Positions 8,770 to 17,780 of a DNA stretch of 31,498 nucleotides are shown here, in pieces. Each line of letters begins with the position of its first letter. Positions within the stretch are counted from its first letter, which is position 1. The position numbers were made by a program, and so were the translations under genes. The notes below the pieces were generated by a model. The model did no database searches. It was not told where the DNA came from and worked only from the letters and a program-made list of their open reading frames with translations. This DNA comes from Chloroflexota bacterium (GTDB taxonomy: Bacteria; Chloroflexota; Dehalococcoidia; Lucifugimonadales; Lucifugimonadaceae): positions 1 to 31,498 of the forward strand of contig PBHC01000014.1 in NCBI GenBank assembly GCA_002719295.1, given 5' to 3'.

Positions 8770-9863
8770 TGTAATTTAGCCGATTTTACTGTGTACTTTT
8801 CGAGAAGCTCAGAATCAGGCTTTGGCAATACGTTTAATGGTTCAAAAATATATGGTGATTTAAACTTGTTTTCTGGTTTGCATAAATCATCAGTATAGAA
8901 TCTGTCTGAAGGAAATAAATCTCCAGGATAAGTGAAGTTTTCTAGTGTAGCCAATGCAATACAAATACTTGCTCCAAGTGCGCTTTCAAGCATTCCTCCA
9001 ACCCATACAGGAATGCCAGCATTTTCAGCAATTTTATTGATTTCTAAAGAATTAGTAATACCACCAACTCTTCCTGGTTTTATATTTATATATTTACATG
9101 CTTCTATCTCAATTGCTTGTACGGCTCTTTCTACCCCATTTATTGATTCATCTAAGCATATAGGGGTTTCAATTAATTTTGCTAATTTTGCATGATCAAT
9201 TAGATCATCAGAATTTAAGGGTTGCTCAATAAATGCTAACTCATGCTTATCAATAGACTTGAAAAAATCTAAATCTTTTAGAGAGTATCCACCATTGCAA
9301 TCTACGTGAAAAATAGATTTCGGAAAAGTGGACTTAACTGCATCTAGAACATCTTTATCCCAATCTTTTTTGATTTTTAATTTTATTCTAGGAGTTTTTT
9401 TATCTACTGCTAATTGTATTTTACTTAACAAAGTATCAATGTCTTTTTCAACTCCAAAATCTGCTCCAGCTACTACTTCTTTCCTTGTTCCACCTATTAG
9501 TTCGTGAAGAGGAGTATTAGTTATTTCACTTTTTAGATTCCACCAAGCTATATCTAGACCTGCTTTTGCAAATGGATTTCCTTTATATACTTTCAAGTCA
9601 TCATTTAGATTTTTAGCATTTTGATAATCATTACCTATGATTTTTTTTCCAAATATTTCTGATAGATTATAAAAAATTGAATTTGCACTTTCATACGAGT
9701 ATGTTGGTAACTCTAGTGCACAAGTTTCTGACCATGCTTGATAATCACCACTTTTTGCATTAATCAAAATAGAATGTATTTCATAGTCTGCTCCATAAGA
9801 AGTAATCCATGGGTCTATAAGAGGCATTGCTACGTGGTAAATATTTAATTCTTCTATTTTCAT
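8766..9863 (-). CDS. menC: o-succinylbenzoate synthase / N-acylamino acid racemase (NSAR/OSBS subfamily, enolase superfamily)
   Basis: KLK catalytic motif, metal ligands VDCN, IEQP and LDES, second Lys in NIKPGRVGG, WVGGMLES, YPGD. Start moved to ATG 9863 (MKIEELNIY) to avoid overlap with the divergent gene. Confidence 0.85.
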   Translation of the reverse strand: MKIEELNIYHVAMPLIDPWITSYGADYEIHSILINAKSGDYQAWSETCALELPTYSYESANSIFYNLSEIFGKKIIGNDYQNAKNLNDDLKVYKGNPFAKAGLDIAWWNLKSEITNTPLHELIGGTRKEVVAGADFGVEKDIDTLLSKIQLAVDKKTPRIKLKIKKDWDKDVLDAVKSTFPKSIFHVDCNGGYSLKDLDFFKSIDKHELAFIEQPLNSDDLIDHAKLAKLIETPICLDESINGVERAVQAIEIEACKYINIKPGRVGGITNSLEINKIAENAGIPVWVGGMLESALGASICIALATLENFTYPGDLFPSDRFYTDDLCKPENKFKSPYIFEPLNVLPKPDSELLEKYTVKSAKLH

Positions 9864-9907
9864 ATTTAAAATCCGATAAAATTTGGTTAAATAAATATTA
9901 TAGTAGT

Positions 9908-10504
9908 ATGTTTGAGATTTTTTCACAATATTTCCCTCTTTGGGTTTTCATAACATTAATGGTGAGTACACCAGGGCCTGCAAACTTACTCCTACTTTCC
10001 ACCGGTGCTCAATATGGATATTTAAGATCTATACCATTTTTATCTGGGTTAGTTTTTGGAAAATTATTACTTAATATATTATTTTCTTTGGGTTTAGGTT
10101 TATTAGTTCGAGACTATCCGATAATTATGGAATCATTTTCGTATATTTGTGTTATTTATATGATTTGGTTATCAATGAAAGGGTGGAATTCTCACGAAAA
10201 AAAGTATTCTTATGAGAAAATACTTAAGTTTAAAGAAGGTCTTTTTGTACATCCATTAAGCCCAAAAACATGGGCTATGTGCTTAATTGCTTTTTCAAAA
10301 TTTACTGAAGGATTAAGTGGATCTTTTGAATTATATTTTTTAGTTCCTATAAGTTTTCTTTTTTTACAAATTATTTTTCATAATTTTTGGTGCTTTTTAG
10401 GTTTATCTATAAACAGAACCATTGGATTATCCAAATATACGAATAGATTTCTAATTTTTCTAACTATACTTACAGTAATTTGGGCAATATTTTTCACAAA
10501 TTAA
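9908..10504 (+). CDS. LysE/RhtB family translocator
   Basis: STPGPANLLLLSTGAQYG, GLFVHPLSPKTW (NPK-type motif), about 6 hydrophobic segments; start moved to ATG 9908. Confidence 0.88.
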   Translation: MFEIFSQYFPLWVFITLMVSTPGPANLLLLSTGAQYGYLRSIPFLSGLVFGKLLLNILFSLGLGLLVRDYPIIMESFSYICVIYMIWLSMKGWNSHEKKYSYEKILKFKEGLFVHPLSPKTWAMCLIAFSKFTEGLSGSFELYFLVPISFLFLQIIFHNFWCFLGLSINRTIGLSKYTNRFLIFLTILTVIWAIFFTN

Positions 10505-10509
10505 GATAA

Positions 10510-11637
10510 TTATCTCAAACCTACACTTCCGTCACTTGAAATTGGAGGCGGTATTTTTGCAGGATCGAATGGATGCATAGCTGGAGCTTTTTCATTAAAA
10601 TTAATTCCTAATCCAGGTTTTTCTGAAGGAAAATACCAGCCATTTTCTAAATTAATTATTTCATCTGTCATATCCCTTCTTGGTGGCTTATCTTCCTGAA
10701 TAGATTCTTGAAGATCCCAGGATGGAGATGATATTCCTAATGCAACACATGCAGCTGTCGCGATTGGTCCTTGAAAATTGTGAGGACAAATTTTGATATG
10801 ATTTGCTTCAGCTATTGTAGCTATTTTTTTTACACCTGTTATTCCACCAGCTACAGCAATATCAGGTTTGAAAAAAGCAGGTTTTGCAAGTTGTGCATAC
10901 TCCCTAAATTCCCATATACCCATGTTTCTTTCACCTACAGCTAAAGGTAGCTTCATTTTTGCAGAAACATCTCCCATTGCGACTACAGAATCAGGAACTA
11001 TAGGATCTTCAATGAAATATGGCCTTAATCTAGCTACTTCTTCACAAAAAGCTATCGCTTCATGAGGTTGCATATTCCTATGAATTTCAACCCCTATATC
11101 AAAATCCCATCCTACAGTCTCTCTTACTGCTTCAACCATTTCTACTGCAATTCCAATCATTTTTGAGTATGACAACTCAGCCCAATTATTAGGCATAGGG
11201 GTAAATTTTAGTGCTGTAAAACCATCCTCTAAGGCTTTTTTAGCCCCTTTAGCACATTCTTCTGGAGTATCTCCACTAACTCCCAAAGCTATAGCTCTTA
11301 TCTTTTGTCTTACTTTCCCTCCTAAAAGATCCCAGACTGGGGCTTGAAGTCTTTTACCTTTTATATCCCATAATGCCATATCTATAGCGCTAATAGCCCC
11401 ACCTATACTGTTGCCTCTGAATGCAGAATTATACCTCCAAAGAAAACTCCATATGTGTTCTATATCATTTGCTTCCATTCCTATTAAAGCATCTCTAAAA
11501 CCGTGAATTGTAGCTTCAGCCGCCTTAGGGTATGACCAGTAACATGATTCTCCAATTCCTTGTACACCATCTTCAGTGGTAATTCTTACAACCAAAAACC
11601 TAGAAACAAAAAAAGTTTCAACTTTAGCTATTTTCAT
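10510..11637 (-). CDS. Acid-sugar dehydratase, galactonate dehydratase (DgoD)-like, mandelate racemase subgroup
   Basis: AIDMALWDIKGK, LLGGKVR, VEIHR, IEDP, VGER, KPD, PHN and LQE motifs; PGLGI near the C-terminus. Confidence 0.9.
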   Translation of the reverse strand: MKIAKVETFFVSRFLVVRITTEDGVQGIGESCYWSYPKAAEATIHGFRDALIGMEANDIEHIWSFLWRYNSAFRGNSIGGAISAIDMALWDIKGKRLQAPVWDLLGGKVRQKIRAIALGVSGDTPEECAKGAKKALEDGFTALKFTPMPNNWAELSYSKMIGIAVEMVEAVRETVGWDFDIGVEIHRNMQPHEAIAFCEEVARLRPYFIEDPIVPDSVVAMGDVSAKMKLPLAVGERNMGIWEFREYAQLAKPAFFKPDIAVAGGITGVKKIATIAEANHIKICPHNFQGPIATAACVALGISSPSWDLQESIQEDKPPRRDMTDEIINLENGWYFPSEKPGLGINFNEKAPAMHPFDPAKIPPPISSDGSVGLR

Positions 11638-11652
11638 TTAACTTCTCTTTCT

Positions 11653-12903
11653 TTAAATTTTCCAATAATCATTAATAGTTGATTCATATTCAGAAGTAAT
11701 TTCATTTTCAATTTCTTCAATAGTTACACTTCTGCCTAAGACAGAGGATTCAAGAGCAGCATTACAGACAGCTAAATCTTTTCTTCCAACGTATGCATCA
11801 ACTTCAGGTTTTGTACCGTCCGTTATACATTGTCCTAATTCATAATATTCAAGCGCAACTAAAAATTTATCAACATCTTCAAATGGGGTTTTATATGAAC
11901 CCAATCTTTCTGATTGAAATAAACGTGATGTAAGTTCATCTAAATGAAAATTTGGAACAAGTTCAAGAACTTGATCTCCAGAAATTTCTCCTATTCCATC
12001 AAGATTTAATCTCAAAGGATCACCTCTCCTTTGCTTAGCTGGAGTCATAGAACCTTTACTTCCATAAATCATTGCGTACTCTGTAATTTCACCATGAGCT
12101 GCATAAAAAGATGTCCATTGTCCGATGGCGCCATTTTTAAATTTCATAGTGGAAATGACCATATCTTCTGAGTCAGCATCTATCTCATTTGGTACAGAGC
12201 TAGCCCATTTTTCATAAAAGTTTGAGACTCCTATTTTTTCACCTTTATATCTTTTTGTTTCCCACAATTTTGACACAGCGTATACTTCTTCTATATCTCC
12301 GAGATAGTACATCATTTGATCTACAATATGAACTCCTGCATCAACAAAAATTCCCCCCATGTTTTTGTGGTGTCTCCATGGGAGAATAATTATATCTTTA
12401 GAGCCTCTGGCGGATCCATTTAGAAAACTGTAAGGATTACCTATTACTTCTGCATCTATTAATGCTTTGGTCAATCTACATATAGGGTCTCTTCTCTCTT
12501 GTTCGGCAACACTCAATACTTTTCCACTTTTTTTCCAAGCTTCTATAACTTTATTGCAACCTTTTATGGTTATTGCTAGTGGTTTTTCACATAGAACGTT
12601 GTAGCCTAAATTAAATGCTTCTTCGGCTACTTGATGATGAGAACCTGAATCTGTAGTTATATCAACACCCTCAATTTCAGGCATTTCTTTTTTCATTTTT
12701 TCAAGAGAATTAAATACAATAGGACGTTTCCCTAATAATTCTTTTGCATTGTCAGCTAGATGATTTGCATTTCCTTCATTTTTATCACAAACAGCTACTA
12801 ACTCAACATTTGCCATCCCACTTTCATATAACGCTCCTAGGGCTCTCAAATGTCTTCCTCCCATTCCTCCTGCACCTACTATTGCTATTGGTATTTTTAT
12901 CAT
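11653..12903 (-). CDS. Gfo/Idh/MocA family oxidoreductase
   Basis: IVGAGGMG, VAVCD, VLCEKPLA, GGIFVDAGVHIVD. Confidence 0.92.
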   Translation of the reverse strand: MIKIPIAIVGAGGMGGRHLRALGALYESGMANVELVAVCDKNEGNANHLADNAKELLGKRPIVFNSLEKMKKEMPEIEGVDITTDSGSHHQVAEEAFNLGYNVLCEKPLAITIKGCNKVIEAWKKSGKVLSVAEQERRDPICRLTKALIDAEVIGNPYSFLNGSARGSKDIIILPWRHHKNMGGIFVDAGVHIVDQMMYYLGDIEEVYAVSKLWETKRYKGEKIGVSNFYEKWASSVPNEIDADSEDMVISTMKFKNGAIGQWTSFYAAHGEITEYAMIYGSKGSMTPAKQRRGDPLRLNLDGIGEISGDQVLELVPNFHLDELTSRLFQSERLGSYKTPFEDVDKFLVALEYYELGQCITDGTKPEVDAYVGRKDLAVCNAALESSVLGRSVTIEEIENEITSEYESTINDYWKI

Positions 12904-12938
12904 ATTTTTTTCCTCATTTTATTCTCGAGTTATTTTTT

Positions 12939-13730
12939 TCAATCATGAATTTTTTGTGAAGCTATCATGCCTCCGTCAACTAATAAAGTTTCTCCATTAA
13001 CATATTGTCCAAGATGTGAAGATAAGTATACAACTGCGTTAGCAATATCACTAGGAAGCCCTCCAATCCCAGCAGGAATAAATCTCTTGAAATCTTCAGG
13101 CTTATGAGGAGGACCATCAATTGATTCATCTTCAATATCATCAGGTAAGCGGTTTGAAATGGCTCCAGGAGCTATACAATTTGCAGTAATATTTTTTCCA
13201 GCAAGATCTGCCGCTATTCCTTTGACCATTCTTCTCAGGGCCATCTTTGCTGTTCCATATGCAGTCCAATTGGGCATTGCTACATAAGAATGAACACTTG
13301 AAAGGCAAATTATTCTTCCTCCTGTGTCATTATTTATCATTTCTTTAGCGGCTCTTTGAGAAGCAAAAAAATATCCTTTCAATGATAAATCCATCATTCT
13401 ATCCCAATACTTTTCATCAGTTTCAAAAAAAGGCCTTTGTTGATCTGGGAAGATGGCATTATTTATTAATACATCAATTTTCTTGTGAGCATCTATAAAA
13501 GAGTCAAATACGGAGTTTATATCTTCTATTTTGCTCACATCACCTTTGTGGAAAGTAGCATTCACTCCATGTTTTGAAACTATATCCACGCATTTTTGTG
13601 AAACTTCATCGTCTATAATATCGTTTAAACCTACATCTGCTCCTTCTTTTGCAAGAGTTATTGCTATCCCTCTTCCAATTCCTTTTCTAGCACCGGTTAT
13701 TAATACTTTTTTTCCATCAAGTAATCCCAT
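12939..13730 (-). CDS. Classical short-chain dehydrogenase/reductase
   Basis: TGARKGIG, NNA, SSVH, YGTAK, IAPG, VDGG. Confidence 0.93.
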   Translation of the reverse strand: MGLLDGKKVLITGARKGIGRGIAITLAKEGADVGLNDIIDDEVSQKCVDIVSKHGVNATFHKGDVSKIEDINSVFDSFIDAHKKIDVLINNAIFPDQQRPFFETDEKYWDRMMDLSLKGYFFASQRAAKEMINNDTGGRIICLSSVHSYVAMPNWTAYGTAKMALRRMVKGIAADLAGKNITANCIAPGAISNRLPDDIEDESIDGPPHKPEDFKRFIPAGIGGLPSDIANAVVYLSSHLGQYVNGETLLVDGGMIASQKIHD

Positions 13731-13753
13731 TTTTACCCCCTGTAAGTTATTTA

Positions 13754-14419
13754 TTAAATTGTAGAAGAAATTTTTTCTAATGGTAGTTTATCTATGTCCG
13801 GGATTAATGCATCTTCTTTTGCAAACCCCACAACCAATAACAAAAAAGGTTTTTCATTTTTTGGTCTTTTAAATATTTTATTCAAAAACCCCATTGGACT
13901 TGGGGTATGTGTTAATGTAGATAGGCCAGCCATGTGTAATGCTGTAATTAAAATACCTGTAGATATCCCTACTGATTCTTTTGAATAATAATGCTTCACT
14001 TTAGACCCATCTTCTAGTATGCTAAAATTTTTTGAAAAAATTCCTATTAGATAGGGAGCTATTTCTAAAAAAGGTTTACTAGCATCAGTCCCTAGTGGTT
14101 CTAGTGCCTTTATCCATTCTTTAGGAGCTTTGTTTTTATAAAAACTTCTTTCCTCATTTTCAGCTTCTTTTCGAAGAATTTTTCTTACTTCATTTTTAGA
14201 TGAAATTGCAAAATGCCAAGGTTGCATGTTAGCCCCACTTGGAGCAGTTCCTGCAGACTTAATACAGTTTTCAATTATTGATTTTGGGAATGATTTTTCA
14301 GAGAAATCCCTAATCGTTTTTCGCTGTCTGATATTTTCATAAAATTCTTTTGATCGCAATTCCATATCTTTTAAATTATGGTTCGGATTTCCTTTATATT
14401 CGATGAATTTTTTTTTCAT
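13754..14419 (-). CDS. Nitroreductase-fold flavoprotein, iodotyrosine deiodinase (IYD)-like
   Basis: RKTIRDF, AGTAPSGANMQPW, lid EAENEERSFY...LGTDASKPFL, HYYSKESVGI, LTHTPSP, RPKNEKP; SD GAGG. Confidence 0.88.
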   Translation of the reverse strand: MKKKFIEYKGNPNHNLKDMELRSKEFYENIRQRKTIRDFSEKSFPKSIIENCIKSAGTAPSGANMQPWHFAISSKNEVRKILRKEAENEERSFYKNKAPKEWIKALEPLGTDASKPFLEIAPYLIGIFSKNFSILEDGSKVKHYYSKESVGISTGILITALHMAGLSTLTHTPSPMGFLNKIFKRPKNEKPFLLLVVGFAKEDALIPDIDKLPLEKISSTI

Positions 14420-14437
14420 TCTTTACCTCTTATAAAA

Positions 14438-14785
14438 TTAATAATAATTTTTAGTATCAAAGATTAATTCTGTTTTTTCCCACTCTCTAGTTTCTCCTGA
14501 CTCAAGTTCTTGAAAAAGAGATCCCATTAAGTTTTGCCATTCTTGAACTTTGCTGTTAAAGGGCTCTATGTGAATTCCGTCACTTAAATCAAAATCTATA
14601 TCAACTTCTAGTAACATGACAAGCTTATTACTATTAATAAAAATCCTCATCCTTCCTATAGGTTTTTCTTCTAAGTCTTTTACAACTTCATTAAATGGCT
14701 TTGCATGAAAATCTATATATTTTTTTATTTTTTTTTCGTTGTTTTTTAGCTCATTGACTAAAACAATCAATTTGTTTTTTTTCAT
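14438..14785 (-). CDS. L-rhamnose/fucose mutarotase family protein (divergent)
   Basis: 115 aa; YIDFHAKPFNEV matches the YxxxHxxxWPEV pattern with W replaced by F; MRIF; KVQEWQNLM; WEKTELIF. Confidence 0.75.
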   Translation of the reverse strand: MKKNKLIVLVNELKNNEKKIKKYIDFHAKPFNEVVKDLEEKPIGRMRIFINSNKLVMLLEVDIDFDLSDGIHIEPFNSKVQEWQNLMGSLFQELESGETREWEKTELIFDTKNYY

Positions 14786-14801
14786 AAAAAATCTAAGAAT
14801 T

Positions 14802-15701
14802 CTAAAACATAGTTTTGTATTCTAGTTTCCCTTGTATATCTAGTTTTACTCTATATAAATCACCACCTCTATATGCTTTGAAGTCATAATTTTTGGGTTC
14901 GCTGCCATTTGGATTTTCTCCTGTTCCAGAATTTGCAGTGGTAACATATAGCTCATTTAAGTCTTTCCCTCCAAACATTGGGCATGAGGTTTGCGTTGCA
15001 GGGAAAGTGATTTCTCTTTCTAGTTTTCCATCTGGGTCAAATCTCATAACTTTAGAACTAAACCAAATTGCAGACCATATAAACCCTTCTGAATCTACTG
15101 TCATTCCATCTACAATTCCTGTGTTTGCGTCATCTAATTTTACAAAAATCCTTTTATTTCCTAAGGACTTGTTTTTTTTGTTATAGTCCCATTGATAAAT
15201 TATTTTTCTTAGAGAATCTGTACTGTAAAACGTGGTTTCATCAGGGGAAAACCCCATTCCATTACAAAGTTTTACTCCTTCATCAATAACATCTATCGAC
15301 TTGTCAGGATTAATTCTAAAAACCACATCATTACTCCACTTAGTAGCATCTGTTCCACAATAAAAACTTCCATCAGGTCCTGATATCGCATCATTTACTC
15401 TTATGTTTACATCAGTCCCATCAACTTTTCCTTTTTTTATAAATTCCATATCTTCATCTGAATTCCATAGAATAATTCCTTCCCAAGATCCTAAGATTAA
15501 ACCTCCAGATTTATTAAATCTAAATCCTCCTACTTGCACTCCATCGTGTATTATTTCATTAGTTTTTTTCTCAGGATCATACCTGAATAATTTTCCACCA
15601 TATATGTCTGTCCAATATACTTTTTTTTCTTCTGGGCTCCAAACAGGCCCTTCTCCAACAACAGCATTAGGAGACGCTAATTTTTCAATATGATATTCCA
15701 C
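14802..15701 (-). CDS. SMP-30/gluconolactonase family sugar lactonase
   Basis: GEGPVW, YWTDI, RVND, NGMGFSPD, DGMTVDSEG, FGGKDLNELYVTTA; GTG start with SD AAAGG. Confidence 0.93.
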   Translation of the reverse strand: MEYHIEKLASPNAVVGEGPVWSPEEKKVYWTDIYGGKLFRYDPEKKTNEIIHDGVQVGGFRFNKSGGLILGSWEGIILWNSDEDMEFIKKGKVDGTDVNIRVNDAISGPDGSFYCGTDATKWSNDVVFRINPDKSIDVIDEGVKLCNGMGFSPDETTFYSTDSLRKIIYQWDYNKKNKSLGNKRIFVKLDDANTGIVDGMTVDSEGFIWSAIWFSSKVMRFDPDGKLEREITFPATQTSCPMFGGKDLNELYVTTANSGTGENPNGSEPKNYDFKAYRGGDLYRVKLDIQGKLEYKTMF

Positions 15702-15792
15702 TTTACACCTTTACTCCAATATGAAATTTATAATATCACCATAAATATAAATCGTGTATACTTTTTGAAGAAGAAACTTAGAAAGGATTAAC

Positions 15793-16590
15793 ATGTTTGA
15801 TCATAAAGGAAAAGTAGCAATAGTAACTGGAGGAGCACAAGGTATTGGAAGAGGAATTACAGATGTACTTGCGGAAAATGGAGCTACTGTTTGTATTGCA
15901 GATATTTCAAAAGAACATGGTAATCAAGCAGTTAGAGATATCGAATCTATAGGCGGAAAGGCAATTTTTGTAGAAGCAGATTTTGTTAAGTCTGACTCCC
16001 CTAAAAAGGTAGTTGAAGAGTGTATTGATATTTTAGGAAGGTTAGATATTTTAGTAAATAATGTAGGGATACAACCTCCTTCATCTTACAAAAATGTTGA
16101 AGATACGTCTGAAGAAATGTGGGATGCAGTCATTAATGTTAATTTAAAAAGTTATTTTTTGATGAGTAAATACTCTATTCCTCATATGAAAAAATTAGGA
16201 AAAGGAATAATAATTAATGTTTCAAGTGTACAAGGATTACAATCCCAAAGATTGGTTCCACCTTATGCTGCTAGTAAAGGAGCTGTAATATCTTTGACAA
16301 GGCAGATGTCACTTGACTATATACAGAGTAACATTAGAGTCAATACCATTAATCCAGGTACATTTAATACTCCAATGGTTAGGACATCAATCACAGGTGA
16401 TATAGAAGAAAGTTTAGAATCATTTGGTAAAGATATTCCAATAGGAAGAGTTGGAGATCCAAAAGAAATTGGTCAAGTAGCGTCATTTTTAGCTAGCGAT
16501 GCATCCTCATTTATTTCTGGAGAATACATAAATGTTGACGGAGGAATAATGGCTAAAGGCGGATGGGATGCTGGTTTACAAGGAGAGTAA
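15793..16590 (+). CDS. Classical short-chain dehydrogenase/reductase
   Basis: TGGAQGIG, CIAD, NNVG, SSVQ, YAASK, VDGG; SD GAAAGGA. Confidence 0.93.
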   Translation: MFDHKGKVAIVTGGAQGIGRGITDVLAENGATVCIADISKEHGNQAVRDIESIGGKAIFVEADFVKSDSPKKVVEECIDILGRLDILVNNVGIQPPSSYKNVEDTSEEMWDAVINVNLKSYFLMSKYSIPHMKKLGKGIIINVSSVQGLQSQRLVPPYAASKGAVISLTRQMSLDYIQSNIRVNTINPGTFNTPMVRTSITGDIEESLESFGKDIPIGRVGDPKEIGQVASFLASDASSFISGEYINVDGGIMAKGGWDAGLQGE

Positions 16591-16593
16591 TTA

Positions 16594-17664
16594 CTAAAAA
16601 GGATTATTTCTTTTCTCTTCGATGTAATCTAACACAACTCCTGCTTTTATTTTTGCAGAAATTGTTTTACCTGCCTTTACTGAATATGCAGATCCATTTT
16701 TTTCAGCTTGTTCTACTCCTCCATTATGCCATCCAGTGCAAGGCTCCAATCCAGCGTTGTAACATCTTCCGTACCATGGGTATCCATATCCTCCTCCAAA
16801 ATTTCTCCAATACCAAACATACTTAAATAATTCCTTAGGAAATTCTAGTCCCCAAGAAATATTTAAATCATTATTTTTTATTACGTACCAACCTTCATTT
16901 AATTCAGTGAAATATGCCATATCCAATGATCTATCAGATTTACCAGGTATTTTTCTGAAATCAGATTTTGTTCCATCTTTTAGATCAACCATAGGCCATT
17001 CTCCAGAAAAAGCAGGCTTTAATTTTGACGATTTATCAACATCTTCAGGATGTGTAAGTATTTTACATTTAGGTAAAGTAAGAGTACATTTTTCTGATAA
17101 AAAATTTCCCCCAATGGCAACATGTTCCAGCCAAACAATATCTAAATCTTCTTCAGCAAAGTTTGTAACTTTTTGGTCAATTTCAAGGAAAGAATCTTCT
17201 GCTTTTAAAGAAATTGTTCTGGATATTTCAAAAGGACTTCTAACACTTCTTCCTCTAAATTCAATAGTACAAATCTCTGGAGTATCTGTAATTATTTTTG
17301 CATCCCATGGTATATTATTTACATCTCCATGGATTCCAAAATCTGCGCCAAAATATTCGCTTGGATAACCTCCATGTGGAATAACTGTTTGCCAACCCCC
17401 CTCATAATAATCTAGCCAAACTGATGCGGAATCACCAGTTGATGGAACTGTAAGGCTAGGGTTTCGAATTCCCCAAGGGGTTTTAAACATAAATTCAGTA
17501 TCAGTAGGTTTGTAAACAAAGCTTGAAATATCTGCTCCTTTATCTGAAATGATTAGAACTCTTATATTTTTATTTTCTAAAATTACAGTCTTTAGTCCTC
17601 TAAACTTCCAAGCATCTGATATTCTCACACCATCTGATCTTTCTTGCTGATAATTTGTAGCCAT
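16594..17664 (-). CDS. Galactose mutarotase-like / aldose 1-epimerase (DUF4432-like) protein
   Basis: ILEN...KGADI, YYEGGWQ, HGDV...PW, WLEH, GLEP. Start moved to ATG 17664 (MATNYQQER), which has SD AAGGA; the longer ORF would overlap the divergent gene. Confidence 0.8.
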   Translation of the reverse strand: MATNYQQERSDGVRISDAWKFRGLKTVILENKNIRVLIISDKGADISSFVYKPTDTEFMFKTPWGIRNPSLTVPSTGDSASVWLDYYEGGWQTVIPHGGYPSEYFGADFGIHGDVNNIPWDAKIITDTPEICTIEFRGRSVRSPFEISRTISLKAEDSFLEIDQKVTNFAEEDLDIVWLEHVAIGGNFLSEKCTLTLPKCKILTHPEDVDKSSKLKPAFSGEWPMVDLKDGTKSDFRKIPGKSDRSLDMAYFTELNEGWYVIKNNDLNISWGLEFPKELFKYVWYWRNFGGGYGYPWYGRCYNAGLEPCTGWHNGGVEQAEKNGSAYSVKAGKTISAKIKAGVVLDYIEEKRNNPF

Positions 17665-17780
17665 TTTTAATCCTTGAAAAAAATAATTATTAAAAATATT
17701 ATATGCGAATAATTTATATGTTAAATTTATAAAATTTAGTATCTTAAACTTTAATATAATTTCAAAAGTCAGGATTATGC

